Below, piece after piece: positions 25,840-32,000 of a stretch of 32,000 nt of DNA (position 1 is the stretch's first letter; each line of letters opens with the position of its first letter). Both the position numbers and the translations under genes were made by a program. Below the pieces are notes generated by a model. That model did not search any database, had not been told where the DNA came from, and saw nothing but the letters and a program-made list of their open reading frames with translations. This DNA comes from Ignicoccus hospitalis KIN4/I. GTDB taxonomy: Archaea > Thermoproteota > Thermoprotei_A > Sulfolobales > Ignicoccaceae. The stretch lies in the NCBI RefSeq assembly GCF_000017945.1, contig NC_009776.1, positions 390,001 through 422,000 on the forward strand, written 5' to 3'.

Positions 25840-26476
25840 CCTTTTCCCTTCCGTAGAAACATACGTTGTTCGCGCACATCACCTCGGGCTCCAAGCTGAG
25901 GGCCCTCTCCAAGCTCCTCCTCCAGGCCCCCTCGTCGCTCCCCCAGTCCTTGCTCAAGGGGCCGAGGAGGTCGCCGGCGAGCAAGACGCCCTCGTAGTAG
26001 ACGCCGAGGCTCCCCGCAGTGTGGCCGGGGAGCCAGAGCACCTCTGCCCCGCAGACCTCCGCGTCCCCCCTCAGCACCCAGCCCACTGGACAAGGCTTGA
26101 ACTCTACTCCTATAACCTTCGAGGCCGTGTATATCGGGTCTCCCTTTTGGATCGCGTAGGCGTCCCTCTCCCCCGCAGCGACGGTCACCCCTAAGGAGTG
26201 GAAGAGCCAGTCCCCTCCGGCGCGGTCCGCGTGGGCGTGGGTGTTGATTAACGCTTCCAGCTCCTCAGGCCTAACCTCGTACATAAGCAAGTTCTGAAGC
26301 GCCATCTCACCGAAGGCCCCGGAGTCCACCAAGAAAGGACACTCCGCCTTCACTAAGAACGCTTGCCCCTCGTCGTTTATAGGGGGGCCGGCGAGCAAGA
26401 AGACCCCCTCGGCGACCCTCAAGCGACCACAACTTTCGGCGAACCCTGATCCATTATATCTCTGGGTCCTCCGCAA
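25787..26476 (-). CDS. metallo-beta-lactamase-fold hydrolase
   Basis: INTHAHADRAGG (an HxHxD-type motif with R where H is usual) and LPGHTAGS downstream. The start may be internal. The 3' end overlaps cas4 convergently by 53 nt. Confidence 0.72.
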   Translation of the reverse strand: MRRTQRYNGSGFAESCGRLRVAEGVFLLAGPPINDEGQAFLVKAECPFLVDSGAFGEMALQNLLMYEVRPEELEALINTHAHADRAGGDWLFHSLGVTVAAGERDAYAIQKGDPIYTASKVIGVEFKPCPVGWVLRGDAEVCGAEVLWLPGHTAGSLGVYYEGVLLAGDLLGPLSKDWGSDEGAWRRSLERALSLEPEVMCANNVCFYGREKVKAVLEKSLELGPPWLS

Positions 26477-26494
26477 GTATTACGGGACTTCGTC

Positions 26495-26935
26495 GTGAAG
26501 ACAGAGCTGCTGGACGAGACCTTGCTGCTCAAGCCGATAGACGGCGTGGCCCTCACGCTTTCCATGGGGGACGCGAAGAAGTACATGATCAAGAAGGAGG
26601 TTACCGTGTTTTCCCCGGACGACCCGGAGGACGTGTGCTCCACCGCCCTCAAGTACGCGCAGTTCTGGAGGACCGCCTTGAACTTGAGGGGCGAGCGCTT
26701 TGGCTGGTGCGACGAGGAGGACTTCAGCGCTAGGTACTTAGCCGGCACCAAGGGGAAGTACGCAGTGGTCGTGGAGTGCGCGGACGTCACGGCCGATCCC
26801 GAAAGGACCTCCGGGAGCGGCTTCGCGCCCCTCGGCCACGTGCTCCCCCTGGTCTTCTACGCTGTGCTCTGTAAAGCTTACGTGGTGAGGGCTAAGAGCT
26901 TGGAGGAGCTCATGGAGTGGGTGCCCGCGCGGTGA
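26495..26935 (+). CDS. hypothetical protein
   Basis: 146-aa ORF of normal composition that overlaps the downstream ABC ATPase start by 19 nt, suggesting an operon. No family recognised. Confidence 0.45.
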   Translation: MKTELLDETLLLKPIDGVALTLSMGDAKKYMIKKEVTVFSPDDPEDVCSTALKYAQFWRTALNLRGERFGWCDEEDFSARYLAGTKGKYAVVVECADVTADPERTSGSGFAPLGHVLPLVFYAVLCKAYVVRAKSLEELMEWVPAR

Positions 26936-27516
26936 GCGTGATCGCGGAAGGGGTGACCGTTGCCTACGGAAACAAGGTGGTATTGAAGGACGTCAACTTG
27001 GTCTTGGGGCCTGGCAAGTACTGGCTCTCCGGGCCCAACGCCTCCGGGAAGACCACCCTCTTGAAGACTCTGTCCTTCTTGATAAAGCCCGTTAAGGGGA
27101 GGGTGGTGGCCTTCGGGAAGGAGGACGCTAGGGGGGAGGTGGTCTACGTTCCACCCTCCCCGGTGCTCTTGAAGGGAACGGTCTTGAGGAACTTGGAGTT
27201 CGGGGTGAGGATAAGGGGGTCCGGCGACCCGCTGTGGGCGGCCAAGAAGTTGGGCATCGAGGACTTGCTCCACGAGGACGTTAGTTCCCTCTCAAGCGGC
27301 CAAGCGGCTCTGGTAACGCTGGGCAGGGCGCTGGCGGTGAGGCCTAGGGCCCTAATGGTCGACGAGATACTGAGCTATTTGGACGAGGAGAACAAGGAGG
27401 TAGCGCTGAAGGCGCTCGACGAGGCCGAAGTGGTGGTCATCGCCTCCCACGAGCCCTTGAACTTGCCCCGGATCAGGGTTAAGGGCGGGAGGGCCTTCCT
27501 CGAGAGAGCCGTTTGA
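26917..27516 (+). CDS. ABC transporter ATP-binding protein (compact, TupC-like)
   Basis: Walker A GPNASGKTT, signature LSSGQ, Walker B ALMVDE and H-loop IASHE. Confidence 0.85.
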   Translation: MGARAVSVIAEGVTVAYGNKVVLKDVNLVLGPGKYWLSGPNASGKTTLLKTLSFLIKPVKGRVVAFGKEDARGEVVYVPPSPVLLKGTVLRNLEFGVRIRGSGDPLWAAKKLGIEDLLHEDVSSLSSGQAALVTLGRALAVRPRALMVDEILSYLDEENKEVALKALDEAEVVVIASHEPLNLPRIRVKGGRAFLERAV

Positions 27517-28144
27517 CGACGAACGACGTTCCCACGCTTAAGAAGGTCAGTATCAAACCCAGCTCGGTGGCCTTCTCGTACTCGCCCATCTGCGCGTACA
27601 AAGCTATGGCCGTGCTCAAGGTCCTAGTGTAGCCCTCGATGTTGCCCCCCACTATCAGCGCCACCCCCAGCTCGCCCACCGCCCGCGAGAAGGCCATAGC
27701 AATTGAGCCCGCCAGCTCCTCCACCACCTCCGCCGCCGAGGCCAAGAGCGCCTTGACCTCGTCCGCCCCGAACGTCCTGGCCAGCTCCCCGTAGTTCTGG
27801 TAGGCCCAGTTGAGGGCCGAGTGGGAGGTCGCCACTATCAGAGGGGTCACTAGGAGGGCCTCCCCGAGGACCACCGCGTAGGGGGTGTAGAGCAAGCCCA
27901 AGGAGCCCAGGGGGCACTTGGGGCATATGAGGTCGTACAAGAAGAGGCCCACCAGCACCGTGGGGACGCCGACTAAGCCCTCGAAGAAGGAGAGGAGGGG
28001 CCTCAGCGCCTTGTACCTAACTATCAAAAAGGTGAGGGGGATGGACCAAGAAGACGCCAGCGCCACTGCAGTGCCGGATATCCAGAGGGAGCGGGCCACC
28101 AGCTCGGCTACTTCGCCAGCTCCTCCCATATCTGGGAAAGCCAC
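27479..28144 (-). CDS. ABC transporter permease (TupB-like)
   Basis: ~5-6 TM helices. Encoded immediately downstream of, and overlapping, the TupA-like binding protein gene. Confidence 0.75.
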   Translation of the reverse strand: MAFPDMGGAGEVAELVARSLWISGTAVALASSWSIPLTFLIVRYKALRPLLSFFEGLVGVPTVLVGLFLYDLICPKCPLGSLGLLYTPYAVVLGEALLVTPLIVATSHSALNWAYQNYGELARTFGADEVKALLASAAEVVEELAGSIAMAFSRAVGELGVALIVGGNIEGYTRTLSTAIALYAQMGEYEKATELGLILTFLSVGTSFVVKRLSRGRPSRP

Positions 28145-28971
28145 GCCTCCTTCCCCTCCGCCGGGTAGAACAAGGGGACGCCGAACTCTTCCTTCCCGTA
28201 GCTGGCTATGATCTCTTGGCCCTCTCCCTTCAAGAACTTTAAGAACTCGAGCGCCTTGGGGTCGTTGCAGCCCTTCACGCGGTAGGCGCTGTAGACGTTT
28301 ATCAGCTCCGTCGAGTTGCTGTAGAGTATTTCCAAGTTGTCCAACTTGCCTTCCTTCTTAAGCTTCAAGAATGTCGATATGTCGCTGAGGGTGTAGGCCT
28401 TCAAATCGTTGGCCACTATGAGGGTCTTGGCCATGCCAGAGCCCGTGGACTTGTACCACTCCTTGCCCTTGGGGTCCAAGCCGGCAAGCTTCCACAAGCT
28501 CAGCTCCTTCACGTTCGTGCCCGACATGTCCCCCCTGCTGACGAATGTTGCTTCGCCGCGCTCGCCGGCCTCGTATATCTTCTTAAAGGCCTCAACGGCG
28601 TCGGTCGAATTCCTAATCCCGGCCGGGTCGTCCTTCGGACCCACTATTACGAAGTAGTTGTAGGCAAATATTATGTGGTCCGTAAGGTAGTCAGAGTACT
28701 TCTTCTCCAATGATGGGGCGTGGACCAAGGTTAAACATACGGCGCCGTCCTTGGCCAGCCTGAGCGCTTGGCCGCTGCCCACCACCAAGAACTGGAGCTC
28801 GGTCCCGCTTTCCTTCTTAAAGTAGGAAGAGAGCGCGCCCAGCAAGCCGCTGTCGTACAAGCTGGTAGTAGTGGAGACCTTCAACGAGTTGTGGGGCTTG
28901 GGGTATAATACCCAAACGGCTACGGCGACCGCCAAAGCGGCTACGAGCGCGAGCAGCGCCCTCTTGTCCAA
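28108..28971 (-). CDS. tungstate/oxyanion ABC substrate-binding protein (TupA-like)
   Basis: N-terminal membrane anchor, then VSTTTSLYDSGLL and LVHAPSLE motifs typical of TupA-type binding proteins. Confidence 0.75.
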   Translation of the reverse strand: MDKRALLALVAALAVAVAVWVLYPKPHNSLKVSTTTSLYDSGLLGALSSYFKKESGTELQFLVVGSGQALRLAKDGAVCLTLVHAPSLEKKYSDYLTDHIIFAYNYFVIVGPKDDPAGIRNSTDAVEAFKKIYEAGERGEATFVSRGDMSGTNVKELSLWKLAGLDPKGKEWYKSTGSGMAKTLIVANDLKAYTLSDISTFLKLKKEGKLDNLEILYSNSTELINVYSAYRVKGCNDPKALEFLKFLKGEGQEIIASYGKEEFGVPLFYPAEGKEAWLSQIWEELAK

Positions 28972-28990
28972 GCTCTGCCCTCGCGGGCGC

Positions 28991-30442
28991 TCACGCGAAC
29001 CTTATTAAGGGCTTCCAGAAGCTTACTTTCTCTTTAGATATCACTGCAATCAAGTCCCCGGAGGCAGCGCACAGCTCTCCGGGCTCGACCTTGGAGACCA
29101 GCTCGTAGAACCCCTTGTCGAGCAAGAAGAGCCTCAACTTGTTCCCGTCCAAGACGAAGAGGGCCCGGTCGCTCAGGCAAGCGCTCGACGTCCGGGAGGT
29201 GTGGACCTTCAAGACCTCCTTGCGCCCCTCGTACAGCCTCACCCTCGGGGGCGCGAAGGTCTTGATCGCTACCTTGTCCCCGAGCTCGTCCAAGTCCCTA
29301 ACTCCGTTTGAGTCTCTCCTCCAGACCTTCCTCAGCTCGCGGTCGAACGCTAGCGCCTCCCCGAAGAGGTTATAGGCGTAGAGCCTCTCGCCGGCGTACA
29401 GCGCGTATGCCCCTTGGGACAGCTCCACCTCGTAGTCCTCCTCCGCCACGTAGAGCTTGGCCTTCTCGAAGGCGCTCCACGGGACCTTCCAAGGGACGCT
29501 GGAGGGGCCTATGGCCACTATTACCGTCGGGCTGAGCAGGGTAAGGGTGCTGGTCACCGGCCTGGAGGGGATCGAGAAGATGGCCTTGTTCGCGAACCTG
29601 ACGCACGAGAAGGGCTCGGACGGGAGCTCCAAGCGCCTCCCGTCGACAAACGCCTTATCCCCTATAGAGTATAAGTTGTCGTCGTAGTAACACGAGGTCT
29701 TTATACCTAAGTCCCTAACTCGGCCGTCCTTTATTATAACGGTCGTCCTAGAGGTATGCACCACCGCCCCGCCCCTAACCTTGAAGGCCCTCTCCACGCT
29801 CCCCAACCAAATCTCGCCGACCTTCTCCGACTTGAACCTCCTAAGGGGCTCCGGGACCCCTTGGTAGAGCGCCACCGTCCCGTATGGGAGTTCCCTCTCC
29901 CCCTCGAGCCTCTCCCCGTCCAAGGCGTAGAAGGGGGCCTCGAACTTTACTTTCAACGCCTCTCCGACTTCCACCACGGAGTATGGGAAGTCCAAGTCCA
30001 GCTCGCTCAGCTCGTCGGGATGGGGGAGCTCCTTCTCTAGGTATATGCCGCCCACCTCCAGCGAGGCCTTCGCACCCCCGACCGGGAACACCGGGAAGGT
30101 GGCCTCCCCCTCGCTGCGCCCCTCCACCCTCTGGCCGTAGACCTTGCCGCGGTACTCGCCCTTCCCCAAGATGTATATTATCACTACCCCGTTTACTTTG
30201 CCCAGCGCCCCCACCTCCGGCACTTGGAACACGAACTCCTTGTCGCCGAACTTGCCCCTCTCCCCCTCCTTCCCCTTCAATAATACCTTTCCCTTGAGGC
30301 CCAGCTTGAGCTTGTTGCCGTCCAGCCCGGGGACCTCCCCTCGCACCTCCACCTCAGCGGACTCCCAAGGCGCCCTGAGGTAGGAGCACTCGACGTAAAC
30401 TACTCCCTTCTCCTCGCCGACCGCCCTACAACGCGTCCACAC
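28991..30442 (-). CDS. hypothetical beta-rich protein
   Basis: 483-aa ORF with normal composition, no TM segment and no recognisable motif. Co-directional with the upstream peptidase-like gene and overlaps it by 43 nt, so its start may be internal. Confidence 0.5.
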   Translation of the reverse strand: MWTRCRAVGEEKGVVYVECSYLRAPWESAEVEVRGEVPGLDGNKLKLGLKGKVLLKGKEGERGKFGDKEFVFQVPEVGALGKVNGVVIIYILGKGEYRGKVYGQRVEGRSEGEATFPVFPVGGAKASLEVGGIYLEKELPHPDELSELDLDFPYSVVEVGEALKVKFEAPFYALDGERLEGERELPYGTVALYQGVPEPLRRFKSEKVGEIWLGSVERAFKVRGGAVVHTSRTTVIIKDGRVRDLGIKTSCYYDDNLYSIGDKAFVDGRRLELPSEPFSCVRFANKAIFSIPSRPVTSTLTLLSPTVIVAIGPSSVPWKVPWSAFEKAKLYVAEEDYEVELSQGAYALYAGERLYAYNLFGEALAFDRELRKVWRRDSNGVRDLDELGDKVAIKTFAPPRVRLYEGRKEVLKVHTSRTSSACLSDRALFVLDGNKLRLFLLDKGFYELVSKVEPGELCAASGDLIAVISKEKVSFWKPLIRFA

Positions 30443-31188
30443 TTCCTCAGCCAGCTCGGGGGCAGCACGAGCGCTAAAAACGGCAAGTAGCTCACCTTCC
30501 CGGGGCCGTAGAAGACCTCGACCTTGCCGAACTTCCAGTACTCGCCGGACGGGGAGCCCCCGTAAGCCCAGCCCTCCTCGAGCTCCACCTCGCCGAAGGG
30601 AGGGGGCACCGGGACTACACCGTAGGGGGTGACGCCTGAGCTAACGGCCTCCGCGAAGACCTTTGCTGCCTCGTAGAGGCTCATCTTCCTCGCGCTCCAC
30701 ACGTCCTCGCCGTTGACGTACAAGTAGTAAAGCACCGTGAGGCCGAAGAAGTAGGGGGAGAGGTCTCCGAACCCTCTCGTCACCCACTCCGCGTAGCCGC
30801 TCCTCTTGTAGAGCTCGGGGTAGAGCAAGTAGCAGCTCAACTCCGCCAGCCCCTCCGCGAACCACAACGGCCAGTAGGCGCCCCTCTCCATTTCTATCAC
30901 GTGCGTTAGCTCGTGAGCCAGCGTGCAGTAGTTCAGCTCCCTTAGGGAGACCGCGTACTCGTGCAACCCGGGGACTCCCGAGGCGTAGTTAGCTTCCCCG
31001 AGGCGCAGCTCCACCCTAGCCCTCGCTTTGCCCCACAAGGCCTCCACCTTGGGGGCCACCTCCTCGCACGCCTTCCTCAAGTCCGGGTCTTCCGAGACGC
31101 AAGTCATGGCGAGGGCCGCGAGGGCGGAGAGCGCGAGCAGCAGAGCCACTTTCACCCCGCTCCCCCACGCTTTTGTGACCCGAACCAA
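30400..31188 (-). CDS. secreted/anchored zinc metallopeptidase-like protein (HExxH, peptidase-MA-like)
   Basis: N-terminal hydrophobic signal-like segment (VALLLALSALAALAMTC). HELTH is followed 15 residues later by FAEGLAE, a gluzincin-like third ligand context. Confidence 0.6.
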   Translation of the reverse strand: MVRVTKAWGSGVKVALLLALSALAALAMTCVSEDPDLRKACEEVAPKVEALWGKARARVELRLGEANYASGVPGLHEYAVSLRELNYCTLAHELTHVIEMERGAYWPLWFAEGLAELSCYLLYPELYKRSGYAEWVTRGFGDLSPYFFGLTVLYYLYVNGEDVWSARKMSLYEAAKVFAEAVSSGVTPYGVVPVPPPFGEVELEEGWAYGGSPSGEYWKFGKVEVFYGPGKVSYLPFLALVLPPSWLRKCGRVVGRSARRRE

Positions 31189-31354
31189 GGAAATATACTT
31201 AAATTTTGAGTACTCTCCCTTGACCTCGAAAATTTCAGTCAGACGGTTTCCGAAGGGAAAGTTTCAAGCGTAACGCTCAAATAATCCGAGTATATGCCGG
31301 TCAATACATGCCTATAAACCGCCCCGGCCCTCCGTGCTTAGCGGTAGAGCAGTC

Positions 31355-32000
31355 GTGTTCGAGCGCTACTCGAGGGCCACCCCCCTCGGGGCGTACTTGG
31401 AGGAAGGGCGGAGGTTCAGGGAAGAGGGCTTCATAAGGACGGACTACCCCCCTAAGAGGGACGAGGTCCTCTGGAACCCCAAAATTATGAGGATGCCCAG
31501 GGAAGAGCTGGAGAAGATAAAGACCCAGAGGCTCAAGGCCATAGTTAAGTGGGCGTGGGAGCACAGCGAGTTCTACCGCAAGTTCTGGAAGAGCAAGGGC
31601 TTCCACCCGGACATGATAAAGACTCACGAGGACGTGGTCAAGATACCGGTCCTCACCAAGAAGGACTTGAGAGCGGACTTGCAGAAGAACCCGCCTTACG
31701 GCACCATAATGGTTCCGGAACTGGCCAAGTACATACACTTCGTGGGCGCCACCTCCGGCAGCACCGGGATGCCCACCTTCCAAGGCTGGGGCAGGGTGGA
31801 GCTGGACTACTTCGAGGAACAGCAAGCTAGGTACTTGTGGACCTTCGCCGGCGTCAAGCCCGGCGTAGTCTATGCGAACTACCTCAACATGAGCGGCTTC
31901 TACAGCTGGGGCCCGCCCCTCGTGGAGACCGCCATGTGGAGGTGCGGCGCCACCGCCATCGCCGGCGGGGGCGAGACCTTCTTCACTTGGAAGGACAGGC
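31355..32000 (+). CDS. phenylacetate--CoA ligase (PaaK)/coenzyme F390 synthetase-like adenylating enzyme, 3' truncated by window end
   Basis: Hand translation of the frame open from 31274 to the window end gives [40 protein letters not shown] ... [10 protein letters not shown] ... [11 protein letters not shown]. It is absent from the ORF track because it has no stop. The start is GTG at 31355 or 31334. A CTATAAA box lies at 31312-31318. Confidence 0.75.
   Translation, partial: MFERYSRATPLGAYLEEGRRFREEGFIRTDYPPKRDEVLWNPKIMRMPREELEKIKTQRLKAIVKWAWEHSEFYRKFWKSKGFHPDMIKTHEDVVKIPVLTKKDLRADLQKNPPYGTIMVPELAKYIHFVGATSGSTGMPTFQGWGRVELDYFEEQQARYLWTFAGVKPGVVYANYLNMSGFYSWGPPLVETAMWRCGATAIAGGGETFFTWKDR

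Noticed and set aside
30400-30520. C-terminus of the HExxH protein (GPGKVSYLPFLALVLPPSWLRKCGR...RRRE) as an archaeosortase sorting signal matching the archaeosortase-like gene at the start of the window
   Set aside because: The hydrophobic stretch is short and proline-rich, and no known signature such as PGF, PEF or PIP is present. The tail is encoded in the region overlapping the next ORF, and the two genes are ~30 kb apart.
31301-31825. 174-aa minus-strand ORF, plus the 31549..31830 plus-strand ORF
   Set aside because: The other plus-strand frame encodes an unmistakable PaaK-like adenylating enzyme ([10 protein letters not shown]) running off the window end. These two ORFs are shadow frames.
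1-32000. Search for tRNA, rRNA, IS elements, terminal inverted repeats and integrase genes
   Set aside because: Scanning the intergenic regions by eye found no cloverleaf-compatible segments, rRNA-like stretches, transposase or integrase ORFs, or long direct or inverted repeats outside the CRISPR array. A tRNAscan/Infernal run would be needed to be certain.

Overview
GC-rich, tightly packed archaeal chromosome segment. Archaeal markers are the proteasome alpha subunit, ribosomal stalk protein P1, PurP, class I LysRS and archaeal phosphopantothenate synthetase. Gene style and CRISPR repeat family suggest a hyperthermophilic crenarchaeote, but I cannot name the organism. Most of the window is housekeeping or transport: an archaeosortase-like protein, a GT2 dolichyl-phosphate glycosyltransferase, PurP, an orphan SdhB-like Fe-S protein, an aldo/keto reductase, a Na+/solute symporter with its small subunit, Usp, a UbiA prenyltransferase, an NrdG-like radical SAM activase, peroxiredoxin, TrpG, an MBL hydrolase, TupABC-like tungstate transport and a PaaK-like ligase. 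The accessory part is a CRISPR-Cas region at about 15.7-25.9 kb. It holds a compact five-gene type III-B-like (Cmr) effector operon in the order cmr4-cmr5-cmr6-cas10(cmr2)-cmr3. The housekeeping lysK gene separates this operon from a 12-repeat CRISPR array (23553-24303) that reads best on the minus strand. The array leader is followed by trpG and a solo cas4. No cmr1, cas6, cas1, cas2 or CARF-type ancillary gene is visible in the window. The Cas10 cyclase motif reads GGEL instead of GGDD, which suggests a signalling-deficient minimal Cmr variant. The array also preserves stepwise repeat mutations, including a change in the predicted crRNA 5' handle. All protein calls rest on motif recognition by eye in the supplied translations. 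No database search was run.
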